Shown: positions 1-10,056 of the stretch, piece after piece | How the letters are laid out: every line of letters begins with the position of its first letter | Position numbering within the stretch: position 1 is the first letter of the stretch | Origin: an uncultured Thermoleophilia bacterium | Lineage (GTDB): Bacteria; Actinomycetota; Thermoleophilia; Gaiellales; Gaiellaceae | Direction: 5' to 3' | Assembly: GCA_963776305.1 (NCBI GenBank) | Contig: CAVZMA010000006.1 | Location: 60,430 to 124,429 of the forward strand | Length of the DNA stretch: 64,000 nucleotides | Translations under genes and position numbers: made by a program | The notes under the pieces: generated by a model | Databases searched by the model: none | What the model was told of the DNA's origin: nothing | The model's input: the letters and a program-made list of their open reading frames with translations, nothing else

Positions 1-571
1 TGCCGTTCAGCTCGGCGGCCCGCTCGGCGAGCCCGTCGAGCACCGCTTCCCGGCGCTCCTGCGCTCCGTCGTCGACGATCTCGAGCTCGACACCTCCTCG
101 CACCTCGACGAACGTGATCGACACACGCGTCGGGAGCCCTCGCCGAACGGATTGGTCGAGCGCATCCCTGATCACCTGATAGAGCCCCGACTGGGCGTTG
201 TCCCCGAGCCCGTCCGCGGCAGCGAGATCGAGATCGAAGACGATCCCACGTCGCGCGGCGTGACGCTCGGTCAGTTCGGCCACCGCCGTCGCGAGCCCTG
301 ATTCGCGCAGGGCGTCCGGCTCGATTCCACTGACGATCTCTCGCAGGTCGGCGCTCGCCTCGCGGGCGACTTCGAGTGCCCGCTCCACGATCGGTGATCC
401 ACTCGCGACGTCGCCGGCGGCGAGTGCGTGATGCGCGGCATCCAGCATCTGCGAGATTGCGGCGACGAGCTGGACAGGCCCATCGTGAATCAACTCCGCG
501 AGCCGGCGACGCTCGTCCCTTTCGGCGCGGAGCCGCTCCGTCAGCGCCCGGCCGTCGATGCCGTCGGTCAA
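1..571 (-). CDS. NarX/DesK-type (HisKA_3) histidine kinase-like protein with no sensor domain; runs off the window edge
   Basis: Manual translation from a TTG overlapping the upstream regulator stop gives ...RAERDERRRLAELIHDGPVQ (H-box)...LYQVIRDALDQSVRRG...LEIVDDG...LDGLAERAAELNG. Confidence 0.75.
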   Translation of the reverse strand, partial: MTDGIDGRALTERLRAERDERRRLAELIHDGPVQLVAAISQMLDAAHHALAAGDVASGSPIVERALEVAREASADLREIVSGIEPDALRESGLATAVAELTERHAARRGIVFDLDLAAADGLGDNAQSGLYQVIRDALDQSVRRGLPTRVSITFVEVRGGVELEIVDDGAQERREAVLDGLAERAAELNG

Positions 572-1197
572 TCGATCATCGCGTCACGCAGTGCGATCGC
601 GACCGCCTGTGTTCGCGTGTCGGCTTCGAGCTTCGTGAGGATGTGCCGTACGTGGCTCTTGACCGTCTCCTGCGAGATGAACAACTGCGCTGCGACGTCG
701 GCGTTCGACATCCCGTCGGCCAGCAACTGAAGGATCTCGCGCTCGCGGGCGGTGAGGACGTCGCTGCCGTCGCGTGACTGTGTGAGAGCCGACGCCAACG
801 CGGGGTCGACGAACATCTCGCCGGCGGCGAGCTTCTCGATCGCGCGCAGAAGCGTCTCGTGCGGCGCCTCCTTGAGGATGTAGCCGCGAGCACCGGATTC
901 GAGACCGCGTTGCAGCAGCGCCCGCTCGGAGTACGCGGTGAAGATCAGAACCTTCGCGTCGGGCACGCGCCGCATGATCTCCTCGGTCGCCTCGATCCCG
1001 TCCATCTGTGGCATGCGGAGGTCCATCACGACGACATCGGGGCGCCGGCGCTCCGTCAGCGAGACCGCGGTCTCCCCGTCGGCGGCCTCACCGACGACCC
1101 GGATATGCGGGGAGCGAAGGAGCGCGAGGCGGAGGCCTTCTCGGACGACCTCGTGGTCGTCTGCGAGGAGGACGGTAATCTCGGGCGTGTCGACCAC
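568..1197 (-). CDS. NarL/FixJ family response regulator (REC + LuxR HTH)
   Basis: LADDH...VVMDLRMP...GYILK receiver motifs; LTAREREILQLLADGMSNADVAAQLFISQETVKSHV LuxR HTH. Confidence 0.95.
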   Translation of the reverse strand: MVDTPEITVLLADDHEVVREGLRLALLRSPHIRVVGEAADGETAVSLTERRRPDVVVMDLRMPQMDGIEATEEIMRRVPDAKVLIFTAYSERALLQRGLESGARGYILKEAPHETLLRAIEKLAAGEMFVDPALASALTQSRDGSDVLTAREREILQLLADGMSNADVAAQLFISQETVKSHVRHILTKLEADTRTQAVAIALRDAMID

Positions 1198-1218
1198 ATA
1201 GCGATTCTACGGGTGCGA

Positions 1219-2109
1219 TCAGACGAGGGTCAGCTGCGTCGGAGACGGCCCGGGCCGGAGTGGCGGACGTCCGGAGGCCGCATGCTCGCGCGCCAGGCCA
1301 CGAACGTATTCGATCGGCGGTGAGGTGATCGTGCGCGGCAAATACGAGCGGCCGGCGTACAGCTCGTCGTATCTGGCGCTCTCCTCGGGCCAGTCGCGCG
1401 CGAGCGATTCGAGGAAATGCTCCCTCGTGCCGGGGCGGAGGTAGAGGACGTTCGCCCAGATGTGGTGCGCACCCGCGCTGCGCCCCGCGCGAACGACTTC
1501 CGCCAGCTGCTCGGCCGCGTCGGAGAGCCCGGGCAGGATCGGCGCAATCGCCACGTTCGTCCGGATGCCGGCATCGACGAGTCGGCGCACGATCTCGAGC
1601 CTGCTCCGAGGAGGTGCCGTACCGGGCTCGGTCGTGCGCCACACACGCTCGTCGAGCGTCGGGATGGACACGTTGACGGAGACCTCGGTACGGGAGGCGG
1701 CCTCTTGCAGCACGTCGACGTCGCGCCAGATCAGCGGCCCGCGAGTGATGATCGAGGTGGGGGTGCGGGACGCTGCGAGCTCGACGATGCAGGCCCGTGT
1801 CAACCGGTAGCGACCTTCCGCCGGTTGGTACGGGTCGGTCGCGGCGCCGATCGTCACCTCCTCACGACGCCATGAGCGCCGCGCGAGCTCGCTCCTGAGC
1901 ACCTGTGCCACATTCGTCTTGACGCGGATCGAGCGCCCGTAACGGTCGTCGGCAGGGCGCTCGGCCCTGAGCTCGAAGCCGCGGACGTAGCAGAACGTGC
2001 AGCGGTGCACACACCCGACGTACGGGTTGAGCGACCACGCAAACGGCATGCCCTTGACCCGATTGAGCGCCGACCGGCAGGGCTCTTCGCGGTACGTAGC
2101 AGCAGGCAT
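1219..2109 (-). CDS. Radical SAM protein, Rv2578c/SplB-like DNA-repair family
   Basis: LNPYVGCVHRCTFCY CxxxCxxC motif; TDPYQPAE motif; start set at ATG 2109 by TATGAT -10 element 7 nt upstream. Confidence 0.9.
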   Translation of the reverse strand: MPAATYREEPCRSALNRVKGMPFAWSLNPYVGCVHRCTFCYVRGFELRAERPADDRYGRSIRVKTNVAQVLRSELARRSWRREEVTIGAATDPYQPAEGRYRLTRACIVELAASRTPTSIITRGPLIWRDVDVLQEAASRTEVSVNVSIPTLDERVWRTTEPGTAPPRSRLEIVRRLVDAGIRTNVAIAPILPGLSDAAEQLAEVVRAGRSAGAHHIWANVLYLRPGTREHFLESLARDWPEESARYDELYAGRSYLPRTITSPPIEYVRGLAREHAASGRPPLRPGPSPTQLTLV

Positions 2110-2121
2110 GCGGACGATCAT

Positions 2122-2135
2122 AGAACATACGTTCG
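2122..2135. promoter_or_regulatory. LexA (SOS/Cheo) box upstream of the radical SAM gene
   Basis: AGAACATACGTTCG matches GAAC-N4-GTTC and abuts the -10 element (TATGAT, 2117-2122 on the minus strand). Confidence 0.8.
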
Positions 2136-2203
2136 TAATCGCAAAAGAGCCCTGACCAGGTGCGACCCTCGTCGAACACTGCCTCGGATCGGCTGAGCCG
2201 TTC

Positions 2204-3518
2204 CTAGGCGGCGGGCGTTGCGCTCCGGATCATCCCGGCCGCGACGGTGTCGTTGGTCGCCTCGTCGACGAGAATGAACGCACCCGTGGCGCGGTTCGTC
2301 GCGTAGGGATCGACGAGCAGCGGCCCCGAGAGGCGCAGGCGCCACGGTGCCGATGTCGTTCAGGGCCATCTCGGTGGCGTCGTGGTGCTCGAGCGTGTCC
2401 ATGTCGACCACGCCGTCGATGCTCTCGACAACAGCGCGGACCGTTCGGGTCGTGTGCTTGACGCCGACGCGCGTGCCCGGCACGAGTGGGCGCTCGCTCA
2501 TCCAGCAGACCGTGCCGATCAGGCCCCGCGCCGTGATGGGCTGGTCGTCGGGGTCGACGAGCATGTCGCCGCGCGGCACGTCGAGCTCGTCCTCGAGGCG
2601 AATCGTGACCGACATCCCGGGGGTCGCCGCGTCGATCGGGCCGTCCGAGGTCTCGACCGACGCGACCCGCGTGCGCAGGCCCGACGGCAGGACGAGAACG
2701 TCGTCGCCCGCCCGCCACACGCCGCCCGCGACCTGGCCGGCGTAGCCGCGGTAGTCGTGGAACTCGTCCGACATCGGCCGGATCACCCACTGGACGGGGA
2801 AGCGGCGATCGTCCAGGTTGAGGTCGCCCGCGAGCTCGATCGACTCGAGATGCTCGAGCAGGGTGGCACCGTTCCACCAGGGAATCCGGGCTGACGGATC
2901 GACGACGTTGTCGCCGTGGAGGGCGGCAATCGGGATCGCGACTTCGTCCTTGACGCCCAGCGCGGCGGTCAGCTCGTCGAGCTCGCGCGCGATCTCGTCG
3001 AACCGCGTCTCGTCGTAGTCGACGAGATCCATCTTGTTGACGGCGAAGACGAGGTGGGGGACGCCCAGGAGCGACGCGATCAGCGTGTGGCGTCGCGTCT
3101 GCTCGATCACGCCCTTGCGGGCGTCGACCAGCACGACGGCGACATCGGCCGTCGAGGCTCCGGTGACCATGTTGCGCGTGTACTGGACGTGGCCCGGGGC
3201 GTCGGCGAGCTGAAAGCGGCGTCGTGGAGTGACGAAGCCGCGGTAGGCGACGTCGATCGTGATCCCCTGCTCCCGCTCGGCGCGGAGCCCGTCGGTCAGA
3301 AGTGCGAGGTTGACGTAGCCGTCGCCTCGGCGCTCGCTCGTCTCCTCGACCTGCTCCATCTGATCCACGAACACCTGCTTCGTGTCGTAGAGCAGCCGCC
3401 CGATCAGCGTCGACTTGCCGTCGTCGACCGAGCCGCAGGTGACCAGGCGCAGGAGACCGGCATCGCCGGGGGTGGCGGCCTCGCGGACCGCGACTGCCGG
3501 GTCAGAAGTACCCGACAC
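2204..3518 (-). CDS. cysN: Sulfate adenylyltransferase subunit 1 (GTPase); one frameshift near 2345
   Basis: GSVDDGKSTLIGRLL, EREQGITIDVAY, DAPGH and NKMD motifs; C-terminus GAFILVDEATNDTVAAGMI lies in another frame ending at TAG 2204. Confidence 0.9.
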
Positions 3519-4413
3519 GCTTGCGGTCCTCCATCGCGGCTTCCGAGGCGCGATCGTCCGCGCGGGTCTCGCCTCGCTCGGTGACGCGTGTGGCGGCGAT
3601 CTCGGCGACAACATCGTCGAATGACGTCGCGTGTGACCGCACGGCGCCGGTGCAGCTCATGTCTCCCACGGTGCGGAATCGAACCCATTCCCTGAACGGC
3701 ACCTCGTCGACCGAGCGCTCGATCACCTCGGAGGTTGCGTACAGCATGCCGTCGCGTTCGAACACCTCGCGCTCGTGCGCGTAGTAGATCGAAGGGAGCT
3801 CGAGCCCTTCGCGGGCCACGTACTGCCAGACGTCGAGCTCGGTCCAGTTCGAGATCGGAAAGACGCGCACCTGCTCGCCCTTGCGGATCTTCCCGTTGTA
3901 GAGGTTCCACAGCTCGGGTCGCTGCGCCCGCGGATCCCATTGCCCGAAGTCGTCGCGGAAGGAGAAGATCCGCTCCTTGGCGCGCGAACGCTCCTCGTCG
4001 CGACGCGCGCCGCCGATCGCCGCGTCGAACTGGTTGGCCTCCATCGCGTCGAGCAAGGTGGTCGTCTGGAGCTGGTTGCGCGAGGCACGCGGCCCCGACT
4101 GCTCGACGACCCGGCCCGTGTCGATCGACTCCTGCACGGACGCGACGACGAGCCGCTCCCCGAGTTCGGCCACCCGCCGATCGCGGTACTCGATCACCTC
4201 GGGGAAGTTGTGCCCTGTATCGACGTGCATCAGGGGAAACGGAAAGCGACCGGGACGAAACGCTCGCTCGGCGAGCCGCAGGAGCACGATCGAGTCCTTG
4301 CCGCCCGAGAACAACAACACCGGCCGCTCGAGCTCCGCGGCGACCTCCCGCATGATGTGCACGGCTTCGGCCTCGAGCTCGTCGAGGTGTGAGCGGTGGA
4401 GTGTCGCGGTCAT
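3502..4413 (-). CDS. cysD: Sulfate adenylyltransferase subunit 2
   Basis: LFSGGKDS, HVDTGHNF, GGARRDEERSRAKER and MEDRKRVGYF motifs. Confidence 0.95.
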   Translation of the reverse strand: MTATLHRSHLDELEAEAVHIMREVAAELERPVLLFSGGKDSIVLLRLAERAFRPGRFPFPLMHVDTGHNFPEVIEYRDRRVAELGERLVVASVQESIDTGRVVEQSGPRASRNQLQTTTLLDAMEANQFDAAIGGARRDEERSRAKERIFSFRDDFGQWDPRAQRPELWNLYNGKIRKGEQVRVFPISNWTELDVWQYVAREGLELPSIYYAHEREVFERDGMLYATSEVIERSVDEVPFREWVRFRTVGDMSCTGAVRSHATSFDDVVAEIAATRVTERGETRADDRASEAAMEDRKRVGYF

Positions 4414-5087
4414 ACGTCGGCGTGCAGCCCGCACTCGGTCTTGCCGGTTCCGCTCCAGCGGCCCTCGCGGCCTGTGCCCGGTTCGGTGCAGTGCGTGCAG
4501 CCGATCGAGGCGTAACCCTGGGCGTGGAGTGCGTTCACGGGGAGCTCGCGCTCGCTGATGTAGAGATCGACTTCCGCCTCGGTCCAGTCGGCGAGGGGAT
4601 TCGCCTGCCACAACTCGTGGCGCTCGTCCCAGCTCAGCTTCGCGGTGTTCGCGCGGGCGGCGGATTGCTCACGACGCATGCCGGTGATCCAGCCGTCGAG
4701 ATCCGCGAGCGCATGGCCGAGCGGAGCGACCTTGCGGATCGAGCAGCAGAGTGATGGGTTGGAGGCCCACAGGGCGTCGCCGTGGATTGCTGCCTGCCGG
4801 CCGAGCGACGGGCCGTCATAGACCTCGACCTGGATGCCGTAGCGCTGCTCCACCTGCCTCCACACGTCGTAGGTCTCGGGGAACAGCACGTGGGTGTCGA
4901 GCGCGAAGACGCGGGCATCGGGCTCGATCCCGAGCAGCATGTCGAGCAGGACAGCCTCCTCCCGCTGAAACGAGCACGCGAGCGAGAGCCGAGGATGAAA
5001 GTGCTCGACCATCACGCCGAGCACCGCGTTGGCCGTGAGCGACTCCGGATCGACCTCGCCAACCAAGGTGCTGATGCCGTTGTTCAT
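4410..5087 (-). CDS. cysH: APS/PAPS reductase ([4Fe-4S] type)
   Basis: CCSIRKV, GYASIGCTHCT and C-terminal REGRW..KTECGLH motifs. Confidence 0.92.
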   Translation of the reverse strand: MNNGISTLVGEVDPESLTANAVLGVMVEHFHPRLSLACSFQREEAVLLDMLLGIEPDARVFALDTHVLFPETYDVWRQVEQRYGIQVEVYDGPSLGRQAAIHGDALWASNPSLCCSIRKVAPLGHALADLDGWITGMRREQSAARANTAKLSWDERHELWQANPLADWTEAEVDLYISERELPVNALHAQGYASIGCTHCTEPGTGREGRWSGTGKTECGLHADV

Positions 5088-5243
5088 CACCGAGACGATA
5101 CCAGTCGATGAGACTCGTTTATCTCTTGAATAAGCGAATCCCGGTGCATGGCCGGCCGTGCCGGGCGTCCCGTCCATGCTGCCGGACGCCCCATGTGCGC
5201 TGATGTCCGCAGCGGCCGACGGACATCACCTACTGTCGCTCGT

Positions 5244-6197
5244 GTGGACGAGCTGCCGGGTGGCCTCTATCGCGTCACGATGCCGTTGCCGATGAGGCCG
5301 GGTCACGTGCACTGCTACCTCGTCCCGGTCGACGGCGGCTTCTTCGTCGTCGACACCGGCCTCGGCTTGCCCGACGCGACGGAGCGCTGGGAGGCGGAGC
5401 TCGCGGAGGTCGACGGCGACGTCGTGGGGATCTTCCTGACGCACTTCCATCCCGATCACCTGGGGGCGGCTGCAGACCTCCGTGCGCTCACCGGTGCACC
5501 CGTGTACCAGGGTCGAGTGGACGCCGCACAAGCCGATCTCGCCTGGTCGAGCGACGGGTGGTCGGCCGTGCTCGTCGACTGGTTCCAGGCGAACGGCGCC
5601 CCCGAGCCCGTGACGCGAGAGCTGGTCGATCAGGGCTCGCGGTACCTGCCGTTCATCCGGACTGTTCAGGATCCGACGCTCCTGGACGACGGCGCGCTGC
5701 TCGGAGAGTGGGAGCTCGTGGCGGCACCCGGACATGCGGACGGCCAGCTGACCCTGCTGAGGAACGGGACCCTGATCGCGGCCGACCACCTGCTCGCCCG
5801 GATCACGCCCACGGTCGGGTTGTGGCCCGCGAGCCGGCCCGATCCGCTCGGCGACTATCTCGCCGCGCTCGAGCGAACGATCGCCGTCGCCCCGACGATC
5901 GCCTACGGCGGGCACGGCGACCCGATCACCGACCCCGTCGGACGGGCTCACGAGCTGATCGAGCACCACCGCGAGCGTCTCGATCGCACCGAGGAGGCTC
6001 TCGGAGCCAGCCCGAAGTCCGGGTACGAGGTGTCGTACCCGCTCTTCGGCGACGACCTCGTCCCGGCCTCCCGACGCTTCGCCGTCGCCGAGACGCTCTC
6101 CCACCTCGAGCGGCTCGTTCGCGAGGGGAGGGCCCTCCGCCACGACCGAGAGGCAGAGGGGAGCGTCGTCGCCGTGTCCTATACTGCCGCCCAGTAG
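5244..6197 (+). CDS. MBL-fold metallo-hydrolase
   Basis: THFHPDH, PGHADG and GGHG motifs; TACTGT -10 element 7 nt upstream of GTG 5244. Confidence 0.88.
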   Translation: MDELPGGLYRVTMPLPMRPGHVHCYLVPVDGGFFVVDTGLGLPDATERWEAELAEVDGDVVGIFLTHFHPDHLGAAADLRALTGAPVYQGRVDAAQADLAWSSDGWSAVLVDWFQANGAPEPVTRELVDQGSRYLPFIRTVQDPTLLDDGALLGEWELVAAPGHADGQLTLLRNGTLIAADHLLARITPTVGLWPASRPDPLGDYLAALERTIAVAPTIAYGGHGDPITDPVGRAHELIEHHRERLDRTEEALGASPKSGYEVSYPLFGDDLVPASRRFAVAETLSHLERLVREGRALRHDREAEGSVVAVSYTAAQ

Positions 6198-6240
6198 TGG
6201 GCGATCTTCCCTCCAGTACCGCGGCCCCGGAGACCGGGGC

Positions 6241-7545
6241 ATGACGGTGTTCCTCGAGCTCCTCGGCGTCGCCGCTCTGATCCTCCTGAACGGCTATTTC
6301 GTGGCCGCGGAGTACTCGCTCGTCACCGTTCGCCGAACGCGATTGAAGGAGCTCGCCGACGAGGGCAGTCGCCGGGCACGCTCGGTGATGAGGATCACGA
6401 GCGATCCACCGCATTTCATCGCGGCGATGCAGCTCGGCGTCACGCTCACGTCCCTGGCCATCGGCGCCATCGGCGAGGCCGTTCTCTCCGACCTGTTCGG
6501 AATCTGGCTCGGCACCTTCCTCGCCGTGTTGCTCGCGTTCCTGATCATCACGTTCCTCCACGTCGTCGTCGGCGAGCTCGTGCCCAAAGGCCTCGCGCTC
6601 AGCTACTCGGAGCGAATCGCGCTCGGGGTCTCGAACCCGGTGCGCACGTTCTTCTTCGTCTTCAAGCCGGTCATCTGGCTGCTCCAGCGATCCAGCGAGT
6701 GGGCCCAGCGGGCGATCGGGATCGATCCGTCCAAGACCGAGGGCGAAGCGCACTCGGAGGCCGAGTTGAGGATGCTGCTCGAGGTATCGAGCGCCCACGG
6801 TGAGATCGAGCAAGGTGAGCGCGAGATGCTCTACAAGGTCTTCGACTTCGCCGACAAGGAAGCCTCCGACGTGATGGTCCCGCGCCCGGACGTCGTTGGG
6901 ATCTCGGTCGAGATGGCGCCCGAGGAAGCGCTCCGCGCCGTGCTCGAGTCTCCCTACACGCGGTACCCGGTCTTCCGGGAGTCGCTCGACGAGATCGTCG
7001 GCATTCTCCACGTGCGCGACCTCATTTCGGCGCTGCACGACAGCACCATCGCCGAGGTCGAGCTCGCCGCCCTGCTCCGGCCCGCCTACGTCGTCCCCGA
7101 GACGAAGGATCTGGCCGCTCTGCTGGCCGAGTTCCGGCGGACGAACCAGCACATGTCTGTCGTCGTCGACGAGTACGGCTCAACGGTCGGTGTCGTCACG
7201 CTCGAGGATCTGCTCGAGGAGATCGTCGGCGAGATCGAAGACGAGTTCGATCTCCCCGACGAGTCGGTGGAGCGGATCGACGAGACGACGATTCGCATCG
7301 ACGGGACGTTCCCGATCGACGACTTCAACGAGGAATTCGGGACGACGCTCGAGCACGAGGACTACCACACGGTGGCGGGCTATGTCTTCGACCTGATCGG
7401 CCGAGCGGCCGAGCCCGGCGACGAGGTGCGAACCGACGGCCTGCGGATCACGGTGCTCGAGGTCGAGGGGTCGAGGATCCAGCGTCTCGAGGTGGAGTTC
7501 TTGCCCACGCCGGAGCCCGCGGACGAAGAGGGAGAGGCGGCGTAA
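6241..7545 (+). CDS. Hemolysin/CNNM family protein (DUF21-CBS-CBS-CorC), Mg2+/Co2+ transport-related
   Basis: [22 protein letters not shown] and [25 protein letters not shown] motifs. Confidence 0.93.
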   Translation: MTVFLELLGVAALILLNGYFVAAEYSLVTVRRTRLKELADEGSRRARSVMRITSDPPHFIAAMQLGVTLTSLAIGAIGEAVLSDLFGIWLGTFLAVLLAFLIITFLHVVVGELVPKGLALSYSERIALGVSNPVRTFFFVFKPVIWLLQRSSEWAQRAIGIDPSKTEGEAHSEAELRMLLEVSSAHGEIEQGEREMLYKVFDFADKEASDVMVPRPDVVGISVEMAPEEALRAVLESPYTRYPVFRESLDEIVGILHVRDLISALHDSTIAEVELAALLRPAYVVPETKDLAALLAEFRRTNQHMSVVVDEYGSTVGVVTLEDLLEEIVGEIEDEFDLPDESVERIDETTIRIDGTFPIDDFNEEFGTTLEHEDYHTVAGYVFDLIGRAAEPGDEVRTDGLRITVLEVEGSRIQRLEVEFLPTPEPADEEGEAA

Positions 7546-7556
7546 CCCCGCGTCGA

Positions 7557-8801
7557 ATGCCGGGCCCGCCGGGCGATTCACCGCTCCGGCACCGCGATTT
7601 CGTCCTCTTCCTCGGCATCATGGTGGCGACGGGGTTCGCGATCGAGATGTCGTTCGTCGCGATCGGCTGGCAGGTGTACGCGGTGCGGAGCAATCCTCTC
7701 GACCTCGGCCTCGTGGGGCTCGCGATGTTCATCCCGCTGCCGCTGCTCGCACTTCCTGCCGGCCATCTCGCCGATCGCTTCCCCCGCCGGACGCTCCTCG
7801 CGATCGCCACGGCGCTCGACGTCGCGGTCATGCTCGGGCTGCTCGGCGTTACCCGTGCCGGAGCCGACTCGACCTGGCCGTTCTTCCTGCTCGCGTTCGG
7901 AACCGGCGTCGCGTCCGCGTTGGGAGCACCGGCCTCCCGCGCCCTGACGCCGTCGCTCGTGCCGCGCGAGATCCTCGTCCGGGCGCTCGCCATGCGCTCC
8001 GTCGTCTTCCAGGCGTCGGTGATCGTCGGCCCCGCGATCGGCGGCCTTCTCTTCGCCGTGCACTCGGAGCTGGTCTACGGCGTCGCTGCCTGTCTTTCTC
8101 TGCTCGCGCTCGTCGGTGTCCTGCTCCTGCGCGCGGGCCGTGACGGGGCCGGTGGCTCATCGCCCGATCTGGCGAGCGTGCTCGGCGGCGTCAGGCTCGT
8201 GCGCCGGACGCCGGTGCTCTTCGGCGCGATTTCACTCGACCTCTTCGCCGTGCTGTTCGGCGGGGCGGTTGCACTGCTTCCTGTGTTCGCCAAGGACATT
8301 CTCGAGGTGGGACCGGCTGGGCTCGGCGTGCTTCGGGCCGCGCCGGCAGTAGGGGCCCTCGTTGCGGCGCTCGTCATGACACGGTGGCCGGTACGACGCC
8401 GGGCGGGGAACACCCTGCTCCTCGTCGTCGGTCTCTACGGTGTCACGATCGTCGTCTTCGGGCTGTCGCAGACGATGTGGCTGTCGCTCCTCGCTCTGGT
8501 CGCGGGGGGCGCCGTCGACATGGTGAGTATGGTCCTGCGTCAGACGATCCTCCCGCTCGTCACCCCCGACGACCTGCTCGGACGGGTGAACGCTGTCGAG
8601 ATGGTGTTCATCAGCGCCTCCAACGAGCTCGGCGCGTTCGAGTCGGGTGTGGCGGCTGCGCTCGTCGGCGCCGTGCCCGCCGTCGTGATCGGGGGCGTGA
8701 TCACGATCGCGATCGCGGTGAGCTGGTCCCGGTTCTTCCCCGCACTCGCCGGCGTCGATCGGCTGGACGACCTCCGTCCAGCGGTGGCGCCTGCTGAATA
8801 G
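7557..8801 (+). CDS. MFS transporter
   Basis: About 12 hydrophobic segments; GHLADRFPRR motif A; ISLDLFAVLFGG and SNELGAFESG. Confidence 0.88.
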   Translation: MPGPPGDSPLRHRDFVLFLGIMVATGFAIEMSFVAIGWQVYAVRSNPLDLGLVGLAMFIPLPLLALPAGHLADRFPRRTLLAIATALDVAVMLGLLGVTRAGADSTWPFFLLAFGTGVASALGAPASRALTPSLVPREILVRALAMRSVVFQASVIVGPAIGGLLFAVHSELVYGVAACLSLLALVGVLLLRAGRDGAGGSSPDLASVLGGVRLVRRTPVLFGAISLDLFAVLFGGAVALLPVFAKDILEVGPAGLGVLRAAPAVGALVAALVMTRWPVRRRAGNTLLLVVGLYGVTIVVFGLSQTMWLSLLALVAGGAVDMVSMVLRQTILPLVTPDDLLGRVNAVEMVFISASNELGAFESGVAAALVGAVPAVVIGGVITIAIAVSWSRFFPALAGVDRLDDLRPAVAPAE

Positions 8802-10056
8802 CTAGCGGCGTGCCCGCCGGAGCAGGCCGGCCGCACCGAGGTTCCGGATCGAGGCATCGACGATCTCGATCGGATGCAGCGACGGCATCGGGTGGCCGGT
8901 TCGACGAAGGGCGGTTGCGACCTGGACGAGGCAGCCCGGGTTGGCGCTCGCGTACACCTGCGCTCTCGTCGCGAGGACGTGAGCGGCCTTGCGGTCGCCG
9001 AGCTGCCGGGCAGCGTCGGCCTGCGTGATGTTGTAGATGCCCGGCGCTGCCGCAGCAGATGTCCTGCTCGGCCGGCTCGACGACGGTGAGCCCCGGGATC
9101 CGCCGCAGGGACAGCGCCGACGACACGGGCAGGCGCTGGGCGTGCCGAAGATGGCATGAGTCCTGCATCGCAACTCTGAGATTCAGGGGATGACGTGGCG
9201 CTCGCGGCTCGACTCCGGCCAGGAACTCACCGAGGTCGCGGACACGCGACGAGAACTCGGCGGCTCGCCCGGCCCAGGCGGGATCGTCGCCGAGCACGTG
9301 GCCGAGCTCCTTCAGGTGCGAGCCACAGCCCGATGTGTTCACGATCACGGTCTCGACCCCGTCGAACGCCTCGATCAGCCGCCTGGCGAAGCCGCGCCCC
9401 TCGTCTCCCCGGCCGGCGTGCATCGAGAGCGCCCCACAGCAGCCTTGCCGCGGAGCGACGACCTCGTAGCCGTCGGCCGCGAGCACGCGCGCGGTAGCCG
9501 TGTTGACCGAGCCGAACACCACCGACTGCACGCAACCTGTGAGAATGCCGACACGCCCGCGCGTCTCGCCACGCGCGGGCGTACTCTCCGCCGGTGCCTC
9601 GGTCGAGCGCCAGGGCGGCGCGATCTCGGTCATCGCTCCCAGTCGGCCTGGCAGCGGCAGCTTGCGACCGAGGGGCGCGAGTCGCAACGCCGGTCTCATG
9701 CGCTTCGGGTAGGGAAGCAGCTTGAACAACGCCCCGCGCACGAACCGGTCGCCGAAGGGACGTCGGGTCTCGGTCTCGATCGTCTCGCGTGTCGCCTCGA
9801 TCAGCTTTCCGTACTGAACGCCGGACGGGCACGCCGTGACGCACGCCATACATCCGAGGCAGGCGTCGAAGTGCCCGATCACGGTCGTGTTCAGCGCGAT
9901 CGTGCCGTCGAGCCGCGCCTCCATCAGCTGGATCCGGCCCCGCGGCGAGTCCATCTCCTCGCTCCAGAGCAGGTACGTCGGGCACGTCGGCAGACAGAAG
10001 CCACAGTGCACGCAGTCGCTCGTCAGCGAGCGGAGGACGTCCGGGGCGGTGCTCAT
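8802..10056 (-). CDS. glcF: Glycolate oxidase iron-sulfur subunit; frameshift near 9045
   Basis: CVHCGFCLPTCPTY, SPRGRI, CLGCMACVTACPSGV and two CCG motifs; C-terminus ASANPGCLVQ is in the second frame. Confidence 0.88.

Noticed and set aside
5088-5230. SAM riboswitch upstream of cysH (TTATTCAAGAGA resembles the SAM-I 5' end)
   Set aside because: The downstream SAM-I/IV core (GGCAACC and related motifs) is missing, and cysH appears leaderless.
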